Shown: positions 47,801 to 58,749, counted from the whole stretch's first letter. The stretch: 63,786 nucleotides of DNA, filler included, from Craspedostauros australis (GCA_030167865.1; 5 parts of 5 records of this genome joined end to end with filler, not necessarily neighbours in it); one strand, 5' to 3'. Numbers and translations are program-made. The notes: generated from the letters alone by a model not told the origin.

Positions 47801-48886
47801 ACGGATTCGATGGAGGTCGGCGAGATCGAGATGGCGTTGCTCAACAAGCAATCGTGCATCCTGACCGCCTTCGTGTCGGGTTTTGAGCTGCAGCCCATCT
47901 TGCACGCGATCGAAATTGCCGAGCAGGAGCACATCGCGTACAAGGTCAACTCGGCCTACGGACTCCTTCGCGAGGCGCATCAGGTGATGCGGCATATGAT
48001 CGGCATCGAGGCCATCGATTGGGATCAGATGCGAGAGTCGGCGAATCGAGATCTGCGCAAGGAAGAGATCGATCCGTCCAAACTCAACGAGATCATGATG
48101 CAGTTCTGCATGGGGGCGATCCTCTGCATGTACCATCGAGAGTACGCCATCGCCGAAGGCATGATGAAAAACTTCCTGTGGACAGGCAGGAGCATGTCCA
48201 GCCACCTCGTCTTGATCACCAGGGGCTTCATCTGCGGCCTGATCGCCGCCGCTCGGTACAGAGAGACGGGGCAACGGCGCTACCTGAAGACGCTGAAGAA
48301 GAAGATCAAGTTTTGCCTCGACATCGACAAGACGAAGGGGACCAATTGGAGCCACCACGCCCTTCTGCTGCAGGCCGAAGCGAAATCCATCGAGAAACGG
48401 GACAAGGCCAGCCCGAAGATAAAAAATGCGTACGATATTGCCATCGTGGCGGCCGCCAAGGCATCTTGCGCTCATGAAGCCGGGCTGGCATGCGAGCTGG
48501 CGGGTGAACATTACGTCCTGCACGATCTCCCGGACAAGGTCGGAGACTACTTCGTGCACACCATCGAGTACTACCGCGAGTGGGGATGCCCGCCGCTGAT
48601 CGAAAACATCATGCAGCGGCGGCAGTCCTTCCTCAAGAACCTGGTCAGCCCGGGACGCAGCAGCGTAACGCAAGACTTGCGGCAGCACCTGGCGGCCGTC
48701 GACCCGTCCACGACGAGTGCGTTATCCAAAGGACGTAGCAAAGTCTTGGACGTGCTCTCGACGTACACGCCAACAGGGAACTCGGCGACGAAAGGACGCA
48801 CGTCGCTCGCATCCTCGCAGATGCGCACGCAGGACTTGGTGGAAGAGAATGACAACGTGTCGGTCCTCACAGATGGCACCCATTGA
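44828..48886 (+). CDS. STAND-class/AAA_16 P-loop ATPase (COG3899-like) with a helical-repeat C-terminus
   Basis: FLGRKEEL, Walker A GVSGTGKS, Walker B MFLDDLQWS, THGNIFF, YRFIHDRIQQAA, AADHLN, HEAGLACELAG, YYREWG; intronless; ATG at 44828. Confidence 0.88.
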   Translation: MQVHAPRSVLTRKSAPILTPLTQDSDAKSILLKKPKSVSISTTDAVTAAASVISKSSPVVKQAAATANDAQSHASLATNSLTLSQSQAQSIGHGHVRGEGKSRSITVHRTSSHSVNRSHDPNGLSTSNHSINHNHNHNPTDSKAGQASQPTKAKRDYFSSGRDFYDDGYTEEEQNINDLPTTFLPDDGTSDIGPSSFQASSCFLGRKEELRQLEHLRNQVIVDAQDDNHSHDNHSHDNHSHDDHTLTEQPAKRRSMIAAAPPKPALHPAALVWGVSGTGKSKLIDHFFRTSCDASPCYILCGKNDEKVGGGPFAAIVQAMQDFTSQLQRGPVDELDRLRACVRETFPSGGFDALVHLVPSLSILSPTHSDLETASTENAWNQLQYLFISFIKAVSTSQRPIYMFLDDLQWSSDVALKLLANLIGDASLRHFLLLGAIRQELNTDEVVELSPDDPLSVHLLNPLDSRALLQITVTNLSLPEMTSWLSALLGRDDIQPLCRKLYDKTHGNIFFTLQALEELERKNILVYSRISFEWEWNFGSNNNNNDDDFELPISDNIVSAIESKLRGLPLTLQHVLAIAANIRSTFDIRVLQQVVCNEQSHPDGLFATSESFADNSDALYKILERAVLEKLIANTIGGTSYRFIHDRIQQAAQGMIPSGELRNKLQLRLGQCLLSLYKTHKANDGLLFVAADHLNSIPTKNHLFTATLNLEVGEKALQMAALPSAAMYLQKATAALRRMRRSPTSSMMLVEYSMTGGGNDGDTDDYQIWLRLYRARCDVELSLTHLQLGYALGDEVLKNARTLQDKLPTYYTMARAMGRENRVVEAMHLEINLLRMLGKYPKKWYALHVMKDMSKMKTYMKINTDDQILDIRVATDPNTVFVMQVLRDISTRSYMTKNMLVTVLTILRMLHHSIRHGLTEDSAMAFAFFGVIVASSGDQPLAQRCASISHRILEKTKGKLASGAVCLLTMAYITPFSKPVLELLEQGWVGYTDSMEVGEIEMALLNKQSCILTAFVSGFELQPILHAIEIAEQEHIAYKVNSAYGLLREAHQVMRHMIGIEAIDWDQMRESANRDLRKEEIDPSKLNEIMMQFCMGAILCMYHREYAIAEGMMKNFLWTGRSMSSHLVLITRGFICGLIAAARYRETGQRRYLKTLKKKIKFCLDIDKTKGTNWSHHALLLQAEAKSIEKRDKASPKIKNAYDIAIVAAAKASCAHEAGLACELAGEHYVLHDLPDKVGDYFVHTIEYYREWGCPPLIENIMQRRQSFLKNLVSPGRSSVTQDLRQHLAAVDPSTTSALSKGRSKVLDVLSTYTPTGNSATKGRTSLASSQMRTQDLVEENDNVSVLTDGTH
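45506..45559 (+). repeat. 15-bp coding tandem repeat (DNHSH x3.6) inside the ATPase gene
   Basis: gacaaccacagtcac gacaaccacagccac gataaccacagccac gacgaccac. Confidence 0.9.
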
Positions 48887-49257
48887 TCCATCACGTGTTG
48901 CTATTGGCAAAGCAACAGAGAAGGATCTGGTGATGCATTGATTGATACATTGATTGATGTATTGGTACATGCTACTAGTACTAGTAGTACTGGTCCTAGT
49001 AATTGTATGCGCCATGCCATACGAATGCTACGGAGACGGCAAATTTTTGAAACAGCAAGAGCCAACAAAGGGATACCATCACAGGTATTACCTACAGTAT
49101 TGCTCCCACGAGAGGACCTTCATTGGAGTAGAGTGCTCTTGCACAATTGCAATAATCCTATTGTATTATACTCGTATGCTACAGAGTACTGTGTTCGCAT
49201 ATGTATTATATACTATTATATTATGAATTGAAAGTAGTTATTCCGATATCTGCATCA

Positions 49258-50865
49258 TCAATGTCCCCGCCCATGCTCTTGTATTTGCCCATTCCACGAA
49301 ACCATCGGAATGTAACCATCGCCACCTTTCGCACTGCAGTATCCCATGTGATGTTCCGGCTCGAAGCCACCATCATGAGCAGACACAACATCCCCGAACC
49401 GCGCCCGCAATTCCGATTCCAATGACCGACGTGTTTCGTACCACGCCTTGTACATCGAACGACACCCGATCATGTTCCAGGTCTCGTTGTACCGCAGCGA
49501 ACGGCAGGACCATGGCACCTTGCACGTCGTGAAATGCACCAGCCTCGTGTCCTCGATGGGCCAGATCTGGCACTGGACATCGTCGCAATCATCGCGACCG
49601 TCCTTGCATTCCACATCGTGATACGCGACGTCGGCGTGCTCGAATGGCGTGCCGCGCGGATAGGTCTGGTGGTACGTCGATCGACGCGGATTGTCCGCAA
49701 CCTGATTGAACTTGCAACGGTGCAGCTCGATGCTGCGCGCATTCTGCTGAGGCGTCCAGTAGTAATATCCCAGCAACCCTTGGATGGTGAGGCTGCCCCA
49801 AATGTGCTGACCAAAGCCGCTGTTCTTCCAACCGGACCTGGCCTTGCGACCTTGCGTGTAGTTGCCGTCCTTGACGAGGCTCACCAATTCATCAAACACG
49901 GTCTGATTGGGACGCACGAGCAGGAACCCGCCCTGCATCCCGGCGCGCTTCTCCTTGTGCTTCGGCAGCATGTTGTAATCGCGAGTGTAGAAGGCCGCGA
50001 TGTTCGGAACGTCGACCAACGGGCTTCGTATTCTGTACGTCGGTGCGATGAGCTGTGCATCCACCAAATGATTGCGTGCCGCCCGACCGACCGGGTGGGT
50101 GCTGGGATAGTGCATGGCATCGAGCAGTTCATCCAACGGCGAGACAAGCAGCGTGTCCAGATCCAGATGCACGGCCACGTCGTACTCGGTCATCGTGTAC
50201 GTGTGCAGCTTCAACAGCTCGCGGTGTCCGCAGCAGCCATCCGCCTTGATTTTGCGTTGCAGGAAGGTCCCTTCGCGGATTTGGGATGGCGTCGCCGGGT
50301 AATCCCTGACCAGCAGCGTCATGCTCAGATCCATCTCCTTTGGGACTGATTGTGACGACGACGACGACGTCGTGAGGATTTGTGCGCATGTACTGTTCTG
50401 CAGAGACGGTGGAACAATGGCGTAGAAATGTGGCTCGTACTTGGACTTGGACGATCGTGGATGGGAATGCAGCTGGATGGAGTGCTTCCACACGGCAGCA
50501 GCATCGTAGAGGTTCTTTGCGAAGCCGGGTTGGCAGTTTGTGATGCTGAGAATGTAGGCGACTTTGGCCACGTCGCGCTGGCCTGTCCCCCATGGATCAG
50601 CAACGTTGGTCAGCGGCAATTGCGGTATCGGCGACTGCAACGCAGCCACGGGAAGTCCTTCGATGGTCTGTCTGAAGTCATCGTGGAAGATGACGAACCA
50701 ACGGAACCCAAAGACAGCAAAGAACGTCCCCACTGCCAGCGAAAGCACTCGAAGCCACCAGATCGCTGTTCGCAGCATTGAGAGGCACGAGTAGTAGTAT
50801 GGCATCCTCTGTTGCCTCTTCCTTGTGGTGTTGCAGGGCGATCCTGCTCTCTGCACGAACACCAT
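49258..50865 (-). CDS. Type II membrane glycosyltransferase, GT8-like
   Basis: N-terminal TM, ELLKLHTY...VHLDLDTL (DxD), QGGFLLVRP, TIQGLLGYYY, HFTTCKVPW; start codon uncertain. Confidence 0.83.
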   Translation of the reverse strand: MVFVQRAGSPCNTTRKRQQRMPYYYSCLSMLRTAIWWLRVLSLAVGTFFAVFGFRWFVIFHDDFRQTIEGLPVAALQSPIPQLPLTNVADPWGTGQRDVAKVAYILSITNCQPGFAKNLYDAAAVWKHSIQLHSHPRSSKSKYEPHFYAIVPPSLQNSTCAQILTTSSSSSQSVPKEMDLSMTLLVRDYPATPSQIREGTFLQRKIKADGCCGHRELLKLHTYTMTEYDVAVHLDLDTLLVSPLDELLDAMHYPSTHPVGRAARNHLVDAQLIAPTYRIRSPLVDVPNIAAFYTRDYNMLPKHKEKRAGMQGGFLLVRPNQTVFDELVSLVKDGNYTQGRKARSGWKNSGFGQHIWGSLTIQGLLGYYYWTPQQNARSIELHRCKFNQVADNPRRSTYHQTYPRGTPFEHADVAYHDVECKDGRDDCDDVQCQIWPIEDTRLVHFTTCKVPWSCRSLRYNETWNMIGCRSMYKAWYETRRSLESELRARFGDVVSAHDGGFEPEHHMGYCSAKGGDGYIPMVSWNGQIQEHGRGH

Positions 50866-52222
50866 GATCGAAGATGGATGGACAGAATGGATAATAGACT
50901 GGACAGAATGGGCAGATTGCACTGGCGAATACAGTAGTCTGCACCCACACGAGAGATCCACCTTGCAACCCTCGTGGCAAGAACCTGTTGGCAAGCGCAC
51001 CAACTCTCTTTGCGAAGAAGAGGAAGAGAGCGCAGACATGTGCATTTCCTCTCGTTCGTCAACACAAAAAACGAAGGATGGCTCAAACATTTCTGGTCGT
51101 GACACGGCGATACTTTTGCTTCTCTGACTTCGTCCTTCCTGCAAAAAATGTGCCGAATCGGTCACGAGCGGTTTTGGCGCCAACCGAAATAATCCGATTC
51201 CCACACTCGACCACTACGACCGTTCTCAAATGATTGATCACATCGACCAAACAAGCCTGAGTCACACACGAAACGTGAGTGGTGGTGTGGAACTGTTGTT
51301 TCTGGAGAAGAAGCGCACGACCTTCCACCTCGTTTGGCGATCTCAAGACAGGGGACGATTATGTCCTAATGACATTCTCTAGTGTCACGCAAAGGAACTA
51401 CTCCTCTAACATATAATATCATTACGCGCAATTCAGTCACACACCCAGACATAGAGAATGTTTCGGCCAAACCGTTTGTTCCACAAGAATCACATGTTGT
51501 CGTCTCATAAATTCGAATCTCTAGCACAATGTCATTGTCACTTCCGCCCTGCGCACATTGGCGGAAGCGAGATCCAGCCACCATGAAGTCTCCGCCAAGC
51601 AGACACAGTCGCCGGGACAACAGGAACAAGATGAAGCCAACAGGGAAGACCTGCCGCAGTTCCGCCAAACCAAACCGCGCACAAGAAAGAACAACGCAAC
51701 GCAACGAAGGGAAGGGCGTTGCGCTGATCACCTTCCATCGTACATCCCGGTCATGCACGCACCATACGAGCTACTCTCGTGCTCGCAATGACATCCTCAA
51801 TAAGAGTTCCGGTGAAAGCTGGTTGCTCCGCGCTTACGCTTACAACTGGTCGTATGTAGTCGTATGCGTAGAGCGTCCTCGTATCCTTGCTGCCATTCGG
51901 TCTCGTGGTTTCGTCTTTCCGTGCGGTCTTTGCTCTCTGAGCCGGATTGACGTTACTCAACACTGAGAGGGGGTCCAAGTGACAAACACATGCCATCCAT
52001 GCTCAAACATCGCGAGAAGAGCCCACCCATCGAACACCGACCAGGTGACGACCAACGATGGCGGCAAAAGCAATGCGAAGAATGCGAAGAAGCTTCTCAT
52101 AAAATCGGAAATCACATCTCCACCAACAAAGCTCAACAACGTACTATTATACTTACTGCGAGTAGCTCCTCCATTCGAACAAGCCCAGCAAAACCAAACC
52201 AAACCAGCCACGCATCAGCACC

Positions 52223-53061
52223 ATGAAGCTCATCTCCATGCCAACCCTCATCCTTGCCGTTCTGTACCTGACGGATCTCCACGGCGGCAGCGGTAGCGGC
52301 AACGCAGGCGTTGAAGCGTTCACGATCAACGTGATCCCGACCATGCCTGCGGCTCGTCATGCAGAAGGGCCGTCTATCACTTGCCCAGTTGACACCAAGG
52401 CTGCGACGGCCTTGTTCTCCACCGAACAAGGCCAAGTAGGTCCGGACTCTGTCGCAGAAGCGAGAGACGTGAAAGACAAACTTGCGGTAAGTATCGGAAG
52501 AGAAACGAAGGATGGAGACGCCTGCGATCACTGTGCGATATCATATGAAAGTAATTCATGTCGAGTTATGGTATCGATGTGCAGCAACCGCCCGCCAGAT
52601 CTGAACGCGCGACTCACACCAATCAACTCTGCTATACTCGGATGTTCTCCTGTTGTTCAATTTCCGACATACGTAATACATTGGTATGTACTATACCATG
52701 TCGACACGCCCACCATATCATATCATGTCATACAATCGTACATCACGCCATAACACAATAGCTTGTCAGGGATGACATCGACCAAAATGGTTCAGGTTTG
52801 GACTGGGCTAAGGTGGACACCACTCTCGCATCGACCAACCAACTCACCGGCGCGATGGAAAGAAAGGCGCTTGAATACGCCCCCTTGTCCCCCCAACGTA
52901 TCCGAATCAACCAGCTCGCGGGGAACAACAACTTGTATCACTCATCAGCAGTGGCACACAGGGCCAACAGCGATCATGTATCTCTTCGGGCGGATGCAGT
53001 GCTCCTCATTGAAGGCTGCGGCGACTACATCTGCATCATTCAACCGGAGCTCCCCGCATAG
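52223..53061 (+). CDS. Hypothetical, probably plastid-targeted small helical protein; 2 exons (52223-52486, 52762-53061), 187 aa
   Basis: Hydrophobic N-terminus, VEA-F ASAFAP-like site and TALF motif; phase-0 intron 52487-52761 (GTAAGT...AATAG) splices in frame. Confidence 0.6.
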
Positions 53062-53309
53062 AGGTGTTGAGCCCCTGTTGCCAGCGTGTCCGAAGGAGGA
53101 AGGCTGTTGGCCGTTTCAAAGTCCGAGTTCCACATCTTGCATCCGTGCGCGATGGATAACCTCACACGAGTGGTCCATGCATGCTCCATCCGGTTTACGA
53201 TGCATGGTACGAATAGCTCGCCAAGCACAAGGCTGGTTGGCTTCCAACCACACGGAACTCATGCAATCTAATGTTAACTCCATAGTGCCATAGCGCCAAA
53301 CTTGACTCT

Positions 53310-53333
53310 AGAGAGAGAGAGAGAGAGAGAGAG
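53310..53333. repeat. (AG)n microsatellite
   Basis: About 12 AG units. Confidence 0.9.
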
Positions 53334-53408
53334 CATAAATTAAAGCACGGGCTAGAGTGTGGGTTCGCTCCGTCTATCCGTTTCATTTGTCAGCCCAAAC
53401 TAGCATCA

Positions 53409-55130
53409 TCACACATCCCAAAAGTACAGCTCGTCAATCTTCAAGCGGAAATTTCCAGTCCGGAACTCTGCAGAAAGCAAAAGATAGACGTCTCCGTCGA
53501 TGTCCTTCGGGAAATCAGATGTCACGCAGGATGCGATCGTGTTTTTGCCCGCAGTCTCGAGGCATCTGAGATTGTTGCAATCATCACCAACAAAGATCGC
53601 CATTCTGAAATCCTTGATGAGTTCACACAATGTAACCCGCATTCCCCAGTGCGTCCTTTGCAGGTCGGATGAAAGAATCTTGTACCATACACCAGGTGAA
53701 TCGGAACGTGTGGAAGGTCGTGTTGGATACCCACGTGCTTGGCAAAGATCAATATCATCGATCATTGCCAATGCCGTGCTGCCTTGCAGTTCGTCGCCTT
53801 CGTGCAGAAGAGTTGCACGTTCGCAATGGTCGTTGATCACCGCCGGCTTGACTTCAACCGATACCAACGACCCGCCTGATGATGTATTGCTGTTCGTCGC
53901 ACGGGGACGAGCGGAGGCTTCAGCATCATCTTCGGTGCTGTTCCCAACATTTTCATCGGATTGAACAGCAGAGATGCGGATGAAGTATGGCTCGCCCAAC
54001 GTACTCTGCCACGAGATGGAACCGTGCCATATGTATGAGCCATCCGCATGGGCAGAAGATAATACCATCGCGCCACCTTCGCTGAGCCATCCATTGACTC
54101 GTGCTTGTATCGCACCATCCACGCATTCAAGCTGATCACAGTCCCGTCCTGAATATACTTCCACTGTGGAGTTGAATCTCGTGTCGAAGCCGCGCGTGGT
54201 CACCATCATGTACCCGCCGTTGCCCATCACAGTCAACCACGCAACGTTGCTGGATGATGACCTGAATTTGAACTCGCATTCGGGTGGTCGATTGGCCTCC
54301 CGGCCTTCCTGCTCGCCGCCAACGTTTGTTTCGGTTGGACTTGATGTTGGTGTTGGCATGACGAACGTCATGTCATCTCTCAGCTCCAACGGGGCTGTGA
54401 CGATGCCGGAGCAGGTACTCGATGCCTGTGATGCCGAGCGCAGGGCCAAAACATCCTGATCAAAGAAGGGCTTGGGGTGGCGGATCAGCACGTAGTAAGT
54501 GATCCCAGCTTCGCTTGGCCATGTCACCTGAGAGTCGCCGTTGCAGTAATCATAACTCGATCCAACGCAACTCAACGCACCGCAGGCACCGCTGTACACG
54601 CTCACTTGGGTGTCGAACGGGCTGCGAGTGTGTGTGACTTCACCGCACGTGGATGCCATCATCGTAGTGCCATCTCCGACAACCGTGTACCAAGCGCCAG
54701 GAAAGTTCCACCAATCCGCCGACGGATCGTCACATCGAGAGTCCGTGATATCTGGTCCCAATTCGTTTTCAAGAATCAAATTGATGCGCTTTCCGACCCC
54801 AGCAGGTCGAGCTCCGTCACAGGTGTCTACAGATCTCAAAACTGTTATGCTCAGTTCGAAGACGTGCTGAATACTCGTGGTGCTGGCGTCATTGTCAGTC
54901 GCATGCACGAAAAGATTGTACCGTTGGCCGCGCGTGCTTTTCCAATCGACATCTCGGTGTCCCATCACAGTATAGCCTATACCGTTGAACTTGAATTCGA
55001 TGACATCCTCATGATACGTTGCTCCTTCACACTCCAACATGTCGCAACTGTCGCCACTGTACACTTGAATCGTCATGTTCGCGTTCGAACCAGGGTTGCT
55101 GGTGGACGCACGGACGCGCCTGCCATCACC
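53409..55130 (-). CDS. Repeat-domain extracellular-type protein (four or more Cys-containing PPC-like beta-sandwich repeats), 5' end lost in the gap
   Basis: Frame stays open up to the gap. Repeated pattern W[YL]xVxGxG...STx...FDTxVxVYSGxCxxLxCV...VxWxSxxGxxYY occurs four times. Confidence 0.78.
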   Translation of the reverse strand, partial: GDGRRVRASTSNPGSNANMTIQVYSGDSCDMLECEGATYHEDVIEFKFNGIGYTVMGHRDVDWKSTRGQRYNLFVHATDNDASTTSIQHVFELSITVLRSVDTCDGARPAGVGKRINLILENELGPDITDSRCDDPSADWWNFPGAWYTVVGDGTTMMASTCGEVTHTRSPFDTQVSVYSGACGALSCVGSSYDYCNGDSQVTWPSEAGITYYVLIRHPKPFFDQDVLALRSASQASSTCSGIVTAPLELRDDMTFVMPTPTSSPTETNVGGEQEGREANRPPECEFKFRSSSSNVAWLTVMGNGGYMMVTTRGFDTRFNSTVEVYSGRDCDQLECVDGAIQARVNGWLSEGGAMVLSSAHADGSYIWHGSISWQSTLGEPYFIRISAVQSDENVGNSTEDDAEASARPRATNSNTSSGGSLVSVEVKPAVINDHCERATLLHEGDELQGSTALAMIDDIDLCQARGYPTRPSTRSDSPGVWYKILSSDLQRTHWGMRVTLCELIKDFRMAIFVGDDCNNLRCLETAGKNTIASCVTSDFPKDIDGDVYLLLSAEFRTGNFRLKIDELYFWDV

Positions 55131-55230
55131 NNNNNNNNNNNNNNNNNNNNNNNNNNNNNNNNNNNNNNNNNNNNTTAATTAATTAANNNNNNNNNNNNNN
55201 NNNNNNNNNNNNNNNNNNNNNNNNNNNNNN
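55131..55230. other. Artificial scaffold spacer
   Basis: N44-TTAATTAATTAA-N44. Confidence 0.97.
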
Positions 55231-57008
55231 ATCGTTGTTGTTGTGATCTTCGTTGTTTGTTGTGGTGCGTGCGTTTATGTTGATTTGCGCAGCCCGTTCC
55301 TCCCTCCGCCGTGCGCGTTTGTGTTCTTGTGCCTTGTCTGATGGTTGCGCTTTGCATGCCCACCATTTAGTGATGAATGTCGTTTGTTGCCAATAGACAG
55401 ACCCGACGCCATCGATACGACATGGCTCATTCATGAATGCGATCACAAAGTGAGNAACAGAACAAGCACACCACAACGACAGAGGCAACGACGACAATGT
55501 TGGATCATGTATGCAGGCGAACCGAAGTTGTTTCTGATATGTGATAAGTGTCCATGGTTGCTGTTGCGTTGTTCACAAGCGGTCGCTGTGACATGTGTGA
55601 TGCAAGAATGACAGTTGTACTTCCTTCACGTGACCACAAATACAGAGATTTTTCCGAAGTGGTGAACACAACACACACCGCAACCATTGCTCATCTGCTC
55701 TCTGCCGATCAACCACGACGCAGACAATCAGTCATGGAACGCAGGGACGATGACAGTATTCGCTATCGCACACAAATTGCTTGAAGCTATTGTATTCTTA
55801 TAGTACTGCACTATTGTACGGTGATAATCGCCTCTGCTCCACTGTACTCCACTCTACTATTTTGGCTCCATTCTCAAGCTGGCAGCTCGCGACGATCCTC
55901 AGCCTATCCCTCTCACTGATTGTATTCCGTGTGGAAGGCAAGGATTGCAACACTCGAGCAAAACTGTCACATTCAACNCGCCCACCCCACAGATCAACAG
56001 ATGCAAGAAAGGTCCAGGGGACCACCCGATGTGATCGCGGCGGCCAAAAAGCTGTTGCGGCTAGCAGTTGTCCGCCCCTGACTTTACCTCCCATGCAAAA
56101 GTAGGCACGAAAAAAAAATGCAACTGATTTGCGCCAGCACTCGGCGGAATTGTTCGGCAGTGGAGCCCATTCTCGTGTTGTGTGTCTCTGCTCGATCCCT
56201 CAACATGACAAATTCAACGTCTGTCTCACCACCAGGCTCGGATTCTCTAAAACGTGCTCTGACGCCAGATCGTGCAAACGGACGCATGGAATTGGAAAAA
56301 ATGTGGTCATTTGGTTCCTTCTTCCTGTCAAAATCGTGTTGCCATTTGCACAATGATGGCTGCCACAACAGGAAAGGTCAAAATCAACCGACAACGACAC
56401 AAAACACAACACGAGAAACAACAAAGGAAACGACGCTGCTGCCACCAGTCTCTTTCCGCATCGTGCCATCAGCTCAGCAGATGAACATGACGTCCCATGT
56501 TCAAGGGGAGCAACGCAGGTTGCGCAGGACTTTGTATTGACAAACTAAGCATCGCATTAAATAGTACAATGTTTTGCACACCACAGAATAAGTCATTGTG
56601 CTCCATTACATTATATTCTATAATACTGTGCTGTGTGGTATTCGCAAGTGTTGCTGTTGCAGCTGATGCGCAGGGATGCCGCCGACGCTGTGCTGTTTGA
56701 CACGACACGCCCAAAGGAGGAAACACCAAACCGAGCCAAATCACCAACAACGCGAGAAATCAACGCAACATCGAATCTGCCACAACGTCACCATCCACCC
56801 TGTTGGGTGTCATCGCCGTCTGATATCGACCGTCAACAACGTCATCATTTTCGTCCGCGGTGAAGACAATCCAGCCAGGTATTTGTGTCGTAGAAGCTAG
56901 CTAGATTTATCTAACCCTAATGTACAACACGAAAAATCATGTTCTAATAATATCACGTTTCAGTATCTCAAATCCGCAGAAAAATACTGTACTTCGCTGA
57001 ATGGGGCC

Positions 57009-57108
57009 NNNNNNNNNNNNNNNNNNNNNNNNNNNNNNNNNNNNNNNNNNNNTTAATTAATTAANNNNNNNNNNNNNNNNNNNNNNNNNNNNNNNNNNNN
57101 NNNNNNNN
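57009..57108. other. Artificial scaffold spacer
   Basis: N44-TTAATTAATTAA-N44. Confidence 0.97.
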
Positions 57109-57509
57109 AGAGGACACCATGATAGATGCGTTGATATTCACTGATCAACACAACTGCGTGGTGTCGAACGATACAGCAATGAGAGTGGCAGCTGAAAGTG
57201 AGAAAGATATGTTCACTCATCTAGATTTAAGCAAACTGATTCTACAACCCCCAACTGATGATAAGTATTTTTGTCCTCCGCGGTGGGAGAACGGAGAGTG
57301 ATTGTATCGATGATGAGTACAGTCGTATGTTCATGATGGACCTGTACAAGGTTGTAGATGAGGATGAGGGTACAGTACATGTGGATTCATACATGGATCG
57401 GGCAACATTGGTGGACTTCGCCCGCTCCATGAGTACCAGATCATCCAAAGTGATTGAGGTGGACGGCCTTGCTGAGGAAGAGGAGCGAATCACAACAACA
57501 GCAGACTGA
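57109..57509 (+). pseudogene. Possible 3' fragment of an unidentified gene with a frameshift near 57295
   Basis: Two protein-like acidic ORFs (57119-57301, 57258-57509) overlap in different frames right after the gap; no family recognised. Confidence 0.3.
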
Positions 57510-58019
57510 GAAGTGAACGAATGCTCGATTAGAGTTGATGTGTAAATTAGTGGTCAGAGTAGTATCTATTGTGTAAGGAGGCGATCAACGATCCATCCAA
57601 TGTTACGCCCGGCATGTCTGTGACGTGTTATTGTGCACACGATCGCATCGTATGCAGCACAGCCTGGCTGGACCGCAAGGCGTGATCTTCGAACAACCGC
57701 AGGTGCGCGTCGTCCGCCGTTGCATTGCTGATGACCATGATGCTGTGTTGTCTGTGATCCTGGTTGGTGTCCAGCACATTCATGTGCGGTATCATCGGAC
57801 AGTGTGGCACAAAGACGGTGGTCTGGCCACCGCTGTCATCGTCGTCATCGCCGATCATACGGTTTTCCATGATGTAGAAAGAGTTGTGCGAGAAAGGGAT
57901 GCGGACTCCGCGAACTTCATGCATCGATTGTAGTACTCCACTACAACTTGACAGAGCGGGATGAATTGCTACTTGCCTTGTTGCTGCAACAGTCTGTCGA
58001 TGATATCGCACAAGGCGCA

Positions 58020-58749
58020 CACCAGCTACCACATGGCTACCGATGCAGCCGACAAAGATGATGAAGCAGGAGAGAAGTTGCCAATGCTGAAGCAGACGAT
58101 TTCCTTGATTTGTGGATATGATGAGTGCTGCTGTTCCAACCCACACTAGCGGCATCCTGGCACTTGTCGATTGGGTGCGTAATAGAGCAGACTGTTGTCT
58201 GTCGTAGCTCTGTTGTGCTTGTGGTTGGATCGCTTGTGTTGCTGTGGTCCATCCCAGGGCCATCAGCACACCACCTTCGTTCCTCCTACTTCGTGAGAGG
58301 AAACACGTGTATTTGAAAGCTTCCGAAACGCTTCACCACAACCACATCATGCGGATCTGAATCGGCATGAAAGTTGGAGTAGCGCTCTGGATGATTTACG
58401 AAAGTCTCGTAGATGTTGTTGCGATTCATCTGAACAGCGCTGAAGGATTGCGCTCAATGGGATAGAGCAAGAACGATGTCCGGTCCGATCAGCATGCCTC
58501 CACACACATGCTTCATGCCATCGTTCAGGCTTGACATGAAGTGAAAGCAGAGCTTCAGATCCACCACTTCACCATCAATGATACTAGGCTGTGCATCGAA
58601 ATCATACAGCAGACAATGCAAGGATATTGTGTCTGCTCATGGCCAATGACCCCCAATGTGGAAGGCGAAGATGCTGATAGATCTGCTGTTGGTGTTGGAG
58701 TGCATCTCCAGAGACAGAGAGAGAGAGTGAGGGCAGGAGCACAGTGCAT
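58020..58749 (-). pseudogene. Trypsin-family (S1) serine protease pseudogene
   Basis: Reads QPS-IIDG (58582) ...HVCGGMLIGPDIVLALSH* (TGA 58456-58454 where Cys is expected)...HP...HDVVVVK, a TAG at 58288, then frameshifted GVLMALGW; no GDSGGP found. Confidence 0.75.

Noticed and set aside
56910..56920. CTAACCCTAA telomere-like motif
   Set aside because: Fewer than two units; no array.
58454..58456. In-frame TGA at a Cys position as possible selenocysteine
   Set aside because: Additional stop, frameshifts and a missing catalytic Ser block indicate a pseudogene; no SECIS recognised.
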